A stretch of 64,000 nucleotides of DNA from the human T2T-CHM13v2.0 reference genome, Homo sapiens, in the NCBI RefSeq assembly GCF_009914755.1, contig NC_060931.1; one strand, 5' to 3'. The stretch's first letter is position 1. Each line of letters starts with the position of its first letter. Positions 40,844-55,369 of the stretch are shown here, piece by piece. The notes beneath the pieces are model-generated. The model worked only from the letters and a program-made list of their open reading frames with translations, searched no databases and was not told the DNA's origin. The position numbers and the translations under genes were made by a program.

Positions 40844-42479
40844 AGGTGTACCATTTTTTATCTTTTATACCATATTTTTATTGTGCCTTTTCTATGTTTA
40901 GATACAAAAATCCTTACCACTGTCCTACAGTTATCTACAGTATTCAGTGCAGAAACATATGGTTCAGGTGTGTACCCCAGGAGCAACAGGCTATGCTATA
41001 CAGCCCTGGTGTACAGTAGGTGCTACCATCTAGGTCTGCTTAAGTACAATCCATGATGCTCACACAACAATAAAATTGCCTAACGATTTCTCCTCATTTT
41101 ACCCTCATCATTATGCCACACACGACTGTACAGGGGATGCAGGGGCTGAAAAGCCAATAAGGAAGAGTCAGGTATTCCAAAGATTAGCAAATGTGGAAGG
41201 CTGTTCCCATATCTGAGCTGAAGGGATCAGGGAGGAGGTGATGTTATTAATGAGCCCAAGGGCCAAGATCACCTGAAAGAAGCTGGCACCAGAAGCCAGT
41301 CCATGGGAAGCTGCTGGTAAAGCAGCCACCCAATGTGAAGTGGGAGCAGGAGGAAGACCTTGTTTTCTCACTTCCTCTGACCCTCTGGTCTCCCAGCAGG
41401 ACCTCTCATTGGCCAATCCCAGCCAGAAGCCAAGAAGCCAACCAACAGGGAGTGTGAGATAGGAACAGCCTGCAGTGTCCATCCCACCCCCAACACAGAG
41501 GGCAGAGGAAGCGTGAGCATGGCCTCTGAAGACAAGCAGGCCCAGGACCGTGGCCTCCAAGCTCCAGCACAATATCAGCATCCCCAACAGCAAAAAGCGC
41601 CTTACTGTACCCTGCCTTGGTGTGGTAGCATCTCCTACACCCAGAGAATGAAATATGTCATCATGATTAGTGTTATTGACAAAATGGTGTCAAGATTCCG
41701 ATTCATTACATAGTCCGTACTCTCTTTTGAAGGCTCTGAAAAGAAATTTTCTGCTGTTGTCAATATCAAAAATATTTGTACCTCCCTGATGTAATTACAA
41801 AGACTGGGGCTTGTGGACACTGGGCTGTGGCACTGCTCGGGCTTCCCATGTCACACTCTCCATCATGGCCAAACTGGTTCAGCCTCAGTCCTCCTTACAT
41901 GGTTTCTACTTTTTCTTTTTTCTTGTTTTTAATTTTTGCTATTTTGTACCTTTTGTATTATTGTAAACTGACTTAAACAGTTTATGGATAAAGCAGGAAA
42001 GAAATACATACATGTATACACATACATACACTCCTATGAGTGGCACACAAGCATAATTTTGAACATGGGCTAATGACAACCAAAATATAACATGAATCCA
42101 AGGTGTGAGCTTTGGTGTCACAGCATATTGGGTTTAAAGCCTATTAACTCCATGTTTTTCAGACATGTTGTAACTATTGTGTGTCTTTATTTACTTTTCA
42201 ATATTCTAAAATTTATACTTTGCTTTCTTGACATATACAATACAGACTTCTAATGTTCATGTAGTCAAATCTATCAGCCCTCTGTGGTTTTTTGCACTGA
42301 TTGCATGCTTAGGGAGACTCTCCTGATCTGAATTTATTTTTCCTTCTGATTAATTTATATTTCCTTCTGATTATTTCATGGTTTCTTTCAATAAAAATAG
42401 TTAATGCTTTAAAGCACTTAATAATACCAAACAATTGTATGGAACCTGCTTTGTGCCAAATATTGTTTTAGATTATAGT

Positions 42480-42680
42480 TCTAAATAGTAACTAATGTAG
42501 TAACTCATTTAATTTTCATGACTGTCCTAAGGAAGTAGCTACTATTATCATCCCCATTTTACAGATGAGGAAATAGAGGCCTATAGAGGTGAAGTAACTT
42601 GACCACTTGCTAATAAGTGGCACAGCTTGGACTGGAGTCCAGGTTCTACATAGATTTCAGTGCTCAAACACAATGCCATG
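42480..42680 (-). mobile_element. MIR
   Basis: ccccattttacagatgaggaaatagaggc core. Confidence 0.8.
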
Positions 42681-43408
42681 CTGCCTCTGGAATGGATTTT
42701 GATGTTAAGTATAAGGCAAAGGTGTAAAATTTTGTTTTTTGCTATCCTGAATAGTCAGCTAACAACCCTAGCAACATTACTGAATCATCTTGATTTCCCA
42801 CAACGAGTGATGCCAACTTTATCACATATATTCTTATTTTCCTTGACATCACATATGTGCCAGACGACAGAGATGAAGCAGTCTGTTATTCCCATTGCAC
42901 ACTTACAGATTCAATAACTAAGACAACTGAGAGGTGATTTATCAAAACCTCTCCACTGGAGACTTCTGCTCCCCACGGCATCTGGCCGGCAGACCATGAG
43001 TCATGCTCTCCAGCGGCCCCTCTCAAACAGCAGGATCCTCAAGATGCAAATGAACACCCAGAACAACACTGAAAATTAGAATTTCAGCCAAACTATTGCT
43101 CCCTCATTAGGATTTCCTCTAATTACAAGATTTAGGAAGCTGAAATGAGATTTGCAATTGCAGCTGCTGTTCACACAGCCTCTGCCACTTACAAGGGAGA
43201 GAAAACGGGTGGCCTGAAAAATGTAACAAAGAACACTTATTACAAGAATAAATATTTAGGGATAAATAAAAGAATAACAGGAGTGATTATCAACATTATG
43301 TTCATGTGGTAGGACGATGGGTGAGATTTTTATTCTTCTATTCTATTTTTTTCTAGGCCTTCCAAATTTATCATTCAATACTATTACCTTGATAAAAATC
43401 ACTATTAA

Positions 43409-43703
<295 letters not shown>

Positions 43704-44026
43704 AAAAATCACTATTAAAACATTTCACAGTGATGGAAAAGTGTAAGTATACCCAGATCTCAAGTTTCCTGTTGCATCTTTCAAACATGAACAAATACGT
43801 ACTTTCAACTCTACTCTATATAGACCCTCCATTGGGCACTGGGGATATAGTACCAAAAAATATTTAGTCTTATCTATAACAGTTTAATTTTTTTAACCTA
43901 GATAATACAGTCATTAATACTGGTATAATTAAATATTAATTTTCAAAATGTTTATGAATGTAGAAAATGGAGAATGAGCATTATATTGTCAAAGCAAGGA
44001 TTCTAAGGGAAGTCTCCAAAGGACAT

Positions 44027-44403
44027 TTATTTGGTTTGGCTGTGTCCCCACCCAAATCTCATCTTAAATTGTAATCCCCATGTGTTGGGGGAGGGACCAC
44101 ATGGGAGGTGATTACATCATGGGGGCAGTTACCCTCATGCTATTCTCATGATAGTTAGTGAGTTCTCATAAGATCTGATGGTTTTATAACATTTCACTCA
44201 AACCTCTCAAACAAAGTTCATTTAAACCTCTCCTTCCTGCTGTCATGTGAAGAAGGACATGTTTACTTCCCCTTCCACCATTATTATAAGTGTCCTGAGG
44301 CCTCCCCAGCCATGCTGAACTGTGAGTCAATTAAACCTCTTTCTCCTACAAATTACCCAGTCTTGGGCAGTTCTTTATAGCAGCATGAAAATGGACTAAT
44401 ACA
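44027..44403 (+). mobile_element. THE1 (THE1D-like) solo LTR
   Basis: tggtttggctgtgtccccacccaaatctcatc ... ttctttatagcagcatgaaaatggactaataca. Confidence 0.88.
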
Positions 44404-45399
44404 GCCGTCTTGATGCTCCTTCCACTTTGTTCATCTCCACCTCTCGATCGCTGCCCAGGCTCTGCTACTCACTTTCATTCTATTCCTAAGGGGAATTCAC
44501 CTGAAATCAGAGCCAAGCAGAGAAGTGGCTGCCCTGCCTTTCCTAACCTGGTAGGGATATGGTGGCAAAGGCACCCCCTGGAACTTCCTCCACCACTGTT
44601 ATAGTTTTTATTTAGCTTCTGTAAGTTACTCTCTTAAAAGGAGCCTTCAAATTCTAAGTTGGCAAACATTTTATAAGCCTCTGGGATAGACTGCCTAGTG
44701 ACTAGAGTTCCTGAACACCTATTGAGATGTGGTGCTATGTAAGATCACAGGACATAAAGAACACAATTGACAACCAAACACCTTCGCAACATGCCTTTGA
44801 TGTAACCATCATTGCTGGAGAATTCAAACCTTTCAAAGGAGTCCATATTACTTTGGAAAGGTCTAATTAAAAAACAAATAAATGAACAAACAAAACAAAA
44901 CAACTTCTTAATATTGAGCTCCACGACTCATGCTTATAATTCTTTTTATTGGTCCTCTTAGTTTATATCCCCAGGGCAGAAGTAATAATCCCTTCTCCAC
45001 ACAACAGTCCTTCATGTTTGATTTAATATCCTCAGATACTAAACTATGGCAATTTTCATTATAATGTATTGCTGCTCTATCTTCATTATTTTTCTTGTTT
45101 TCATACTTAGCCACCCGAGAATTCCTAGAATTAACCATCTGAGGCCTTCCAGGAAATCGTATGTTAAGTGCTGGTTTTCAGGAGAAAACTGGAGAAAAGT
45201 GTGAATTAGATGGCCAGATAATCATGATCTTTGTCTTATTTATCAGAATATAGGAGATAAAGGCAAAAGAATAGGGCATGGGGGTTGCTCATTGTTCTTT
45301 TCTATTTTTATGTTTTTTTAAAACAGGCTAAAGAAACGAGACAGAACCCCCAGACTCATGCCTGAGAGATCTCACTTAAGTCTTTACTATGTCTAACAC

Positions 45400-45640
45400 A
45401 GGGACAATGTGCTAGGCATGTGGTTACAAAGCTGGACTTACAGTCAGAATCCGGACCCTGCTAATCAACAGTTGTGTGACCTTGGGCAAGTCATTTAAGC
45501 TTCCTGAAATTAGTTTTCCCATCTATACAAAGGAAATGATAATATCTACCTGGCCGGGCTGTTCCGAGAAACCAAATGAAATAATACATCTAGGGCTCAT
45601 GATATGCTTTTGATAGCTAGTAGTGATTATTATTATTTCT
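45400..45640 (+). mobile_element. MIR
   Basis: tgtgtgaccttgggcaagtcatttaagcttcctg core. Confidence 0.8.
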
Positions 45641-46260
45641 TAAAGAGGATTTATATGGGGTTCTGGTCAACCACCTTATTCTTTTCTAGTCTACATACAA
45701 GTCAACTGTACCAGTGTGTAATTCAGAAATTCAGAAATAGATGTTTATGTAGCAGGCATAGGCAGAGGATATGCTACTTTATTATAATTTTTCTAAAAAC
45801 TGCTGAACAAATGACATCCAAAAACTAATTTGGAAAATCAAAATAACAAGAGAAGCATGTGGACAAATGTACACCTGTGGCCAGGTCTCCAAACTGCATG
45901 CAGTGGAGTAAATCGCCTTACTCCCATGACCTCCCTCTTCATCCCTAGGCTGTAGTTCCAGCCCCCGCCCTGTCAGTTACAAGTTCTCATACGAGTCTTC
46001 GCTTCTCCATAAGCAGATGCTAAGAAAGGGTATCCACTGGAATGCCACCCCACTTTGAACTAGCACATTACCATTGTGGTTTAGATTCTTTATTCCCTTG
46101 CGAGTTTGATTAGCGTAAGTTGACTGCAAAGAATTCTGGATACTGACCAAGTTTCCTGAAGGCAAGAATATCACCTTTTTTGTTTTCTCCTGAAAACCAG
46201 CACTTAACATAGTGTCTCATACACCACAGAATGAATGCAGCAAACAGCTGTTGAACAAAT

Positions 46261-46517
46261 AAGAGGGAGGTGGTGAGAGAGGAGAAGGGAGGGAGGAAGG
46301 AAAGAAAGAAAAAAAGAGAAAGAGGGAGGGAAGAAGAGAAGGAAAGGAGAAAAGAAGGAAGGGCACAAGGGAGGGAAGGAAGGAAGATAAAAGGAAGGAA
46401 GGGAGAGAAAGAGAAGGAGGAAGGGAGGGAAAAAGAGAAAGAAGACAGGAAGAAAGGAAGGAAAGGAGGAGGAAGACGGAACATAAAAGAGGAAAGGAGA
46501 AATGAATGAATGAATGA
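46261..46517 (+). repeat. GA-rich purine tract (~240 bp) ending in (AATG)n, within an L2 tail
   Basis: Directly visible. Confidence 0.92.
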
Positions 46518-47009
46518 GTCAAGATAATACCTGTGAAGCCTCTTGGAAGTCATCTCTACATCCCTCTTAGCAAATACCAAGGGCTTAACATTGGAAACAA
46601 ACACAATAGCTGCGTCACCTGTGCAGGCTCTGCTATAAGTGACAACACACGACTACACTGTACTTAGTGATAAATGACAGAGATTGGGCTGAAATCAGTT
46701 GTTGACACTGCCACACGCTTATAGGTGATGCCCTTCCAGTAGCCCCCAAACTTTTCCAGGAGAAAATCATACCCACCACTGCAAAGTCAGAAAGAAAGAC
46801 ATCAAGAATAATCAAGTGTGCAATTACTTATTAAAGTTGGTTCCAGTACCCACTGAACAGGCAGTAAGAAGAATTGCAGTGTCTCCACCCTCTCCCCAAA
46901 CAGCAGGTGCTAAAACCTACTGCAAATACAAGGACTTAGCAAGTTATGTTGTTAGATTTAGTAAATAAAAATACATGCAATATTTGGGAAATACATGTGC
47001 TGAAAACAA

Positions 47010-47757
47010 TTCCCAAAGAACTTTGGCTTATGCAAGTGATATGTTAGTATTTATCATATTAGATTTTAACGAAAATTTTTTTAAAATATTGCATCATTTA
47101 AACTCACAATAGGTGAACTGCAGAGCCTCACATCTGTAATCTCAACCCTTTGGGAGGCCAAGGTGGGAAGATTTTTTGAAGCCAGGAGTTTGAGAACAGC
47201 CTGGGTAACATAGCAAGACCCCCATCACTATGATAACAATTATTTTTTAAATTAACCACATGCTGTGGCATGTGCCTGCAGTCCTAGCTACTTGGGAGGC
47301 TAAGGCGGGAGGATCACTTAAGCCCAGGAGTTTGGGTTGCAGTGAGTTATGATCACACCACTGCACTCCAGCTTGAGCTACAGAGTGAGACCCTGTTTCT
47401 AAAAAATACAAAAAACAAATTAAAGAAACCCCTAACAAACTCATCACATGTCAATATAGTAACATCTTATGACATTTTAATGGTTTTTTCTTACATTTTT
47501 ACAAATATCTTTACTGTTTACTCTCCAGCCTAATAAAAAACAGCTAGATTCTTTTATTTACTTCTGCTTTGAATCTGTTGAGATATTGCATGTCATACAG
47601 CTTCTGGAAAACTCCATTGTACACTTGTAAGAGAATGAGAGTGATGAAAGCAAATCATATCTTAGTGTTATTATGAAAATAATGCTGGCCTCACAAAGCC
47701 CCTGAAAGGGTCTTGGGCTGCCCCAGGAGTCCCTAGACCAAACTGCAAGAACTACAA
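47010..47757 (-). mobile_element. hAT-Charlie element (MER119/Charlie7-like), interrupted by AluJ
   Basis: Ends cccctgaaagggtcttggg...ccccaggagtccctagaccaaact, the reverse complement of a Charlie7/MER119-type 5' end. Confidence 0.6.
47112..47415 (+). mobile_element. AluJ
   Basis: Diverged two-arm Alu with gcagtgagttatgatcacaccactgc. Confidence 0.88.
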
Positions 47758-49289
47758 CTCTAAGCCAACTAAGGACAGATAGAAAGACCACAAAACACCC
47801 AGAAGAGATTTCCATACCTGCTGTGCTGGTGTCCATCACCGGTTTCTAGCTGTTCTGTAGTGTGCAGTGTCTTTGACAAGGGGAGAGACCAAAACACCCA
47901 TTCTTGGCCCCAGTCCAGGGCTGTCTCCAGTGGCCACTCTCCACTGGGATGTTGGTCCAGTGGAAACATGGCCAGACTCTCTACCACCTGTTGGCTTTGC
48001 TTTCCCTTCCAGTGCCATTCTTCCCAGAACAGTATCCTTAAGCTTCAACGTACGTATGGGTGACAAACCAATCAAGTTGGCTTCATTTCCAAACCCACAA
48101 ATCCTAAGTTGCTTTACAATGTAATATACATCAAGTATAGGCTATCTTCTCCAGACCAGTAGCTACAATTGTTAGTGTATATTATCTTGACTTATGTTCA
48201 GGTATCGGTCGGTATGAAGTGAAATCTTAAGAGATAACTCAATATCCTAAGACTTAAGAAATGCCTGGTCCAAAACTCTTCTTACAAAAGAGGCAACAGT
48301 TGTGTCACAAGTGCAATGACATTTATGTCAATTGTTGTACTCCCAGAATAATTCCTTAGAGGAGAATGAAATAATCAAAATTGATCATGGGAAGACATCT
48401 TTTATATCTGTACCAAATCTGAAGTATTGATGTTAATCCCTACATAACCTAAATGTAACATTGAGCTAGCTCCTCTCTCACCAAACCTTTTGTGTAAATT
48501 ATGCCTAGGGAAAGAGAAACACAAAAGATCAAGAAAATGTACACAATGTTCGCCAGAAAATGCATACCAGTCCCAGACTCATGAATAAACACTCAGGTAA
48601 AAAGCACTGTCACATAAACACATTGATGAATCTCCAAAATGTTAATCTCCAAAATGTCCAGTCGACTTCTGATGCTCACATACATTTACAGATTCTCATC
48701 AGAGCACTACATCAATTTTACATAAATAAAATACCCTCCTAGATTTTGATCCCAAACTAGGAAAAAATGCTTAATTATAAGACTTTTCTACTTACTTTTT
48801 ATGCCTTTCTCTTCCTAATATTGGAGGCCAGAGGAAAGATGAAAAAAATTAACAAATATAAATAGTAAAGCTTCATTATTATATTCCTGAATTCCCCCAG
48901 TGAGATGCTACAAGAACAAAAGGCTCTGAATTCCATTAAGCATGTAAAACCCTGCATTCTTTATCTCCTTATTAGGGGTTTACAATGCACAATCGCAAAA
49001 TAAAGGCCCTGGGAAAACAGAAACTTTAACTGATTACCTCCCAGATTAGTTTCTCTTGAACTTCACCTCTTTTTGCACAACATCTATTGACATCACCAAA
49101 CCCCTGTGGCCCACTCTCCAGGTTGGATGTCCTCCCATATCAAGCCTGGGGTCGCCAAACCCCAGGAGTATTAGGCATGATTCTCTGTACGAATGGACCA
49201 GATCTGTAGCTGGCCCACTTTCCTCAGCCTGTGATATTCACCCTCCATATCAGTGCTATGACCTGAGGATGAGAAGTCCAAGAGATATG

Positions 49290-49290
<1 letters not shown>

Positions 49291-49325
<35 letters not shown>

Positions 49326-49338
49326 CGATGACGATAAG
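49291..49338 (+). repeat. (GAT)11 trinucleotide microsatellite with degenerate end
   Basis: Directly visible. Confidence 0.95.
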
Positions 49339-49644
49339 GGTCTGAGAAGTCAGGAATAGTTGTACTTGTTCTCAAAGCAGAGCCCCACACTGAAGTTCCT
49401 CTACACAAAATCCATTTATGCCCAAAGCACCTAACTTTGTAGGTATAAGTCTGTACTTTAACCTCAGAATAAAATTAGGACATTCCTTTGATCAAAGTCA
49501 CATCTTATTACAAAAGACTTTTTTCAATTATACCTTATTTTGCATACTCTGGAAAAACTTGGAGTTTAGACTGGGTTAAGCCTATTATATTTCTTTGATA
49601 TGTTTATAAATTATTTCTCAACATGAAGACATAAAATGGTCTAC

Positions 49645-51010
49645 TTTCCATTCATTCATTCACTTCAAATATTTACTAATACTCTAGTAGGTGCCAGGCA
49701 CACTCAAGGCTGAGGAGCAAAAGAACAGACAAAAGAAATGGCTGTCATAATAGATTGTTCAGCTGTGGTTGGAAAATGAGAGGCAATTATTTTAAATAAT
49801 AATTAAAATACGTCATACATTAAATGGCAAAAAAAAGTGCCAGGGAGAAAAATAAAGCAGGAAAGGGGGGAAAGAGTGTTGGAGGAATTGCAATCTTAAA
49901 ATGGGTATTAAGGGAAGGCCTCACTTGAGAAGCTGATATTTGAATAATGATCTAAGGTCGACAACAGAGTGAACCCTCCAGATAAATGGGGACGGGCACT
50001 CCAGGACGATGACACTGTAAGTGCAAAAGCCCAGAGGTCCCACAAGGATGTCAGTGTGGGTAGAGGGGAACTGGCAGGGAAGGGTTATAAGAGGTAATGG
50101 AAGTAGGGATCAGGTCAGATGGGGTTTTGTGGGCCTTTTTAAAGAACCTTGGCTTTCTTTCTGAGTGACATGAAAAGTTGCTGATATGTTTGGGACACAA
50201 TAGAGCCTCACTCACCTTTTAACAGGAACAGACTGATGGCTGTGTGAAGAAGAGATTCTAGTGGAGCAAGGAAAGGACAAGGGACGGTTAAGAGGCTCTG
50301 CAGTAACTCAGGCAGGATGTTACGGTGTTGGTAGTAGTGGAGGTGTAAAAATGGTAGCATTCTACATCTATTTCAGAATTTGATGCAGATGAGCTTGGCT
50401 GATGGACGAGATGAGAAGCATGAAAGAAGGCCTCGAGAATGACTCCATGTTTCTGGACTGAGCAACCTGAAAGATGGGATTTGCTGAGGTGAAAACGACT
50501 ATAGGGGGAAGAGGTTTGCAGAAGACGGAGATGGGGTGCTCATTTTTTCATGCACTAAGTTTGAGATGCTATTAGATGCCTAAGAAGAGATGTCAAGTAG
50601 GCAGCTGGATACACAGATCTCAAGTTCAGAAGAGAGGCTGAGGCTGGAAATACATGCCTGGTATATAAAAACATGAGGTTGAATGATGTCCCCACAGAGT
50701 GAATAACATAGATTAAAAAAAGAAAAGAAGCCCGAAGCCTGAGCCATGGGAAACTCCAACATTAAGAAGTCAAAGAGATAAAAAGGAACCAGCTAAAAAG
50801 GAATTGAGTCTAGTACCCTGGAAGCCAAATGAAGAAAATAATTCAAGGATGGGTAAATGATATATTGTGCCAAATAATTCTAAGAGATGGAGAAGTGACC
50901 ACTTAATTAAACAAGGTGGAGGTCACTGATGACCTTGACAGCAGTTTAAGTGCCATGGTCATGTAGAAAGCCTGACTAGGGTGGGTTCAAGATAGAAGAG
51001 GAGAAATAAA
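49645..51010 (-). mobile_element. Long L2 fragment
   Basis: Starts ttcattcattcattcac...gtgccaggc; agatgtcaagtaggcagctggata; aggtcactgatgaccttgaca. Confidence 0.8.
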
Positions 51011-51022
51011 AAAGCATATAGA

Positions 51023-51331
51023 TCAGGAATTATTAGATCATGTCCAGGCACCCCTGAGGGGTTCCCAAGAGCTTTCCATGCATCAACAGAGTCAAAACTA
51101 CTCTTATTCTTTCATAAGTTTATGGCAGAGTTGTTCAAAGATTCCATGACATATAGATGACATCCTGTACTGACAGCTAATGAGATGTGTGCTTGTGTAT
51201 TACATTTTAAATGTTTTTAATTTCTAATATGGGAAATACTAATGAATATAACCAAAATAAACTACAATTCTTTGGAGGTGTTTTTAAGAGTTGTAAAGAG
51301 GTCCTGAGATCAAAAAGTTTGAGAATGGCTG
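51023..51331 (+). mobile_element. hAT-Charlie MITE (MER119/Charlie7-related)
   Basis: cccctgaggggttcccaagagcttt ... gtcctgagatcaaaaagtttgagaatggctg. Confidence 0.6.
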
Positions 51332-51789
51332 AGTAGACAGACAGACATGCATGCATATACTTATAGCAAAGCTTTAGCCTCAGAAGTCACATCGGGGACG
51401 CACAGGGTCCTAGTCAAAAGCTGATTCTATTCAGTGCAATATGTGACTGTCTGAAAAGCTCTAGCCTGAAACAACCTTATTTATTCAGGGCCGGATGTCA
51501 AAATGAATAAGACCATCCTTCACTCAAGCACAATTTGGTCCATAGATTCAAATTCTCTTTAGCATTATTATATTTTTGTCTAAGGGGAAATTTAGTTTAG
51601 AATGGTTCACCACACATAAGAGTCAACAATGTATTGACAATCTCATGGTTTATTACTGATGGGAATAGGGAATTATTTTAATAAAAGATTAAGGTTAAAA
51701 GAATCACCACCATCCCGTTTATTCATTTTCAAGGATAATACGCATCAGAGCTCCCTTTCACTCAAAACATATGAAGAGCCCAAGATTAC

Positions 51790-52020
51790 ATTTCTGTATC
51801 TCTGTGTAGTAAAAAGAACAGATAACTTTAGAAATCAACAGACCTGGGCTTGCCCACTTCCTAGTTCAGTGACTTTGGCAACATACTTGACACCTCTGAG
51901 ACTTTGTTCTTCAATCTTTCAAGTAGAGATTTCATAAGTTCGTGACAATCAAATAAAATATGCTATACAAAGAACCTAATAGAAAGCCTAGCGAAAAGTA
52001 GCTATTCAATAAATAGTGAA
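51790..52020 (+). mobile_element. MIR
   Basis: gtgactttggcaacatacttgacacctctgagactttgtt. Confidence 0.65.
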
Positions 52021-55000
52021 TTTTTTTTTAGTATTTCAGTAACTAAGCACAAGCCACACACCTTTTAATACTTAAACTTGAAATAATAATATGAAAACAC
52101 TTGTTCAAAGCAAGAGAGAATAAAGGATTTATTGAGACAATACTTACATGTAGACATTCATAGTGAAGCCTTCTGCATTCATTTTGAGGATGAACCCCTC
52201 TGTACAGGATAGACATATTCTATCAGGTATTTATTTCCTAAATGCTATTGTGTGCCAGGCACTGTGGTGGACAATAAGAATACTAAAGAAAATAAAGAAG
52301 AGCCCCTGCCCCCAGGGAAGCTCACAGTCCACTAGGGAAACAAATTCTGAACAAAACTGCAATAGAGAGGGATAAAGCTGTGTCAGCCATGCACTGGGTG
52401 CCCTGGAGGCAGAGTGAGGGGGGCCAGAAGCCCCTGCACTGCTTACTACCCACCAAGTCCTATAATCTTCCTTCCAGTGAGTAACAACTCTTGAAAAATA
52501 TCCCTAAAGAACCCTGCTACTACCATTGCCATTGACACATCTCTGAACTTACTGAGTTCTGCTCTATAATGACAGGGTTAGAGAGAGACAGGATGGTCAT
52601 GTGTTTCTGGGGTTTAGAATTTGATTAGCAACAATCTAAATCCATGGAAAAGACTTGCTTATAACCAGTTTATTTTTACATGTGCATTTCTTTTTTTAAA
52701 AAAATAAGGTCATTAAGAGCCCATTTGTTTTTATATATTTGACTTGTTTCAATTCATTTTAGTCATTGTCCTTTCATGCTCTTATTGCAGCATTTCAGGC
52801 TACTGGGAGCACCTTCATGTTGGCCTCTGTGTCCTTTTGAAGTGACTCCAGGTAGTCTTTGACAGCCTCCTTGCTTCAGGGGATAACAAGCTATTCCAGA
52901 TGCATCTTATACATTTCCTACCCACACCTAGAATCAGCTATTTCTGCAAGGAGCCCTGGTAGTAGGAAGTTTTAGTAGGATATGGTTTCGTTTAGTAAGA
53001 AATGTGGCACTGCTGCATGGCTGTCATTGCTTTGAGGCCTGAATATCATTCAAGATGTGGTCATGTTCATGAGATGTCGCCGCAGTGAGGTTAGTCATTT
53101 ACTACCACCTAACACCGTCCTTTTCTGACAATGCCGTCCATGAGGGGATGTCCCCTGAAGGCAGTTATTCTGCCAAAAATCAAAGCTCCCTGCAGAGATA
53201 TGCCATTCCTGAACTGGTAGGTCACTCTTGGCATATGATCATGAATCACGTCATGTGGCAGAAAAGGAAAAGAACCTCCTAGAGATTTGGAAGGCCAGTT
53301 TCTGACGAGAGAACTAGGGAATCAACATTCCCAGGCATCAGCCTTCCTGGAAATTTTCCCTCTGCACTCTCTGGGGCACACGGCCTGATTCCATCACTGC
53401 CTCAGCAGAGACCTGAGCAGATGGAGCTGAAATCTTGCAACTTCTACCTAAATAAAATGGCCATTATGTAAATATCGGGCTTGAATCCAGTGTGCAAGGG
53501 CATATGTGTATTTCAAATAGCCATCAGGTCTACATTTCTCCCACGTGCTTCAAGCTTTAAACAAAAATTTCCTATCCCTTCTGAGTAAGAATTACAAAGT
53601 TCATCTCTGAATTCTCCATGACAACCAAGAAAGGTGGCAATTTCCAACCTTGGGAAACAGCAAGCTACATGTTCCAACCCTCAGACTTCTCAGTCCATGA
53701 TTCATCATCATAATCATCATCACAATTCACACAACTGTTTATTTACGGGGTGCCAGTTAAGTAAGAAGTATCTCATTTCCCCTCACAAGAACCCCATGGC
53801 ATAGATACCACTATTATTCCATTTTTACAGTGAGGATTCTGAGAATCTACAAGGCCATGTGTTTCAAAACTATTAGGAGGCAGTGCCAGACTCAGGTCTG
53901 ACTCGAGGTGGATGCCCTTAGCCATTACTCTGAGAAAGAAGGGAACAAGTATCCTTTCTCCAGTTGGCAGGACATACAGTAGGGAATATGACTTGGCCAC
54001 TAGCTCCCAGCTAGTGGGGAGTGGAGATGCATAAACTCTGCTAACTAGGGCACTCACAGGGGCTTTTGCAAAGTAAGAAGATGCTGTCATTTGATGGTGA
54101 CAGCCGCACTCAAGTCATCTGTAGTACCAGGTCCTGACGACACAAGCCTGGCTTAAGAAAAATACATTCCCTTTACACATATGGATCTTTGAGGAAACAA
54201 TGCAGAAAAAGTGCTTTATACTAGGTTCTGCTGTTATTTTACACACCACAGAGCCAAATTTAGCCTAAGCTTTTAATACATGGATCTGTCCAATAGCCTC
54301 ACGGTCCACCGTGCCAGTGGAATTTTCCTGTCTACTCTTAATAGGCTATTTAAATGCAGCAAGGGCTATTTTTGAAACATTTTTCACCATTTGAGTGTGG
54401 TATATGGTAGAATTTCTAAATCTCAATAATGCTTCAGCACTGATTACTTCTTCTGATGGGAACATTAAGTATAAATGTATGCATAGCTGTGGATACACAG
54501 AAGATTTCACTTACATAATCCTTAAACCAGGGGATAGTGAAGTAGCAGCTAGCCTGAGAGATTTTTTTCTAAGCTTCATCTCTTTGCACTGAGATAACTT
54601 TCACACATTTCTTTTGAATTTAGCTTTCACCTTTTTCACCCTTTAAAATAATCTTATCCTACAAATAATGGCATGCTACATTAAATTACACCTAAAAGAT
54701 GGCCACATGAAGTCCAGACATGGAACTAAAATATGCCTGGACTTCCAAATATTTCAACAGGAAGGCAACCATCCCAGCATTTGTTTAAATATGAAAATTT
54801 TCATCGTGGAAATTTTCCAACGAACACGTAAGTAAAGAGAACAGTATAAAGAACCCCCACAAACCCTTTACCCAGCTTCAACCCCTTATCAACATTCTGC
54901 CATTCTTGTGTCACATGTCAATCTCATCAGAATTTTTAAAAGGGCATTCTCTGAGCAAAACAAGCCTTCTGTCAGAACTACAGTGGTGTCTCAAATTTTG

Positions 55001-55369
55001 TATTTTCTATAATAACATAGATTCTTCTACCTTGTGGTACCAATCACAGAATATATCAACTCAACAGCATCTGCTCAATTTCAAAACTACTCTAAACAGT
55101 AACTCACATTTGCAACAAATCAAGATATGAAAGGGCCAATTGCTAGTGAGTTAGCTCTAAGCAACATAGACTGATCTTTTCTCATATATATATATATATC
55201 ACATTCATGTAAAAATACAAGGTCTGACATGGAAGGAGGGGTCTAGAGCTGACGCAGAGTACAAGTGACAGCAGGTGGCTCCAACCAGAAACACAAAGGT
55301 ACACACAGTCTACATTTGGCCACACCAAGTAGGGGACACAGGTCCCAGTTCTGCTTCTCATCATTATCC

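Noticed and set aside
46110-46604. 164-aa F/L/S/P-rich ORF and the opposite-strand K/E/R-rich ORF
   Set aside because: Low-complexity translation of the GA tract.
49291-49338. GAT...GAC GAT GAC GAT AAG reads DDDDK, like an enterokinase/FLAG tag
   Set aside because: No DYK upstream (frame reads EIWDDD...) and no vector context. It is a degenerate (GAT)n microsatellite.
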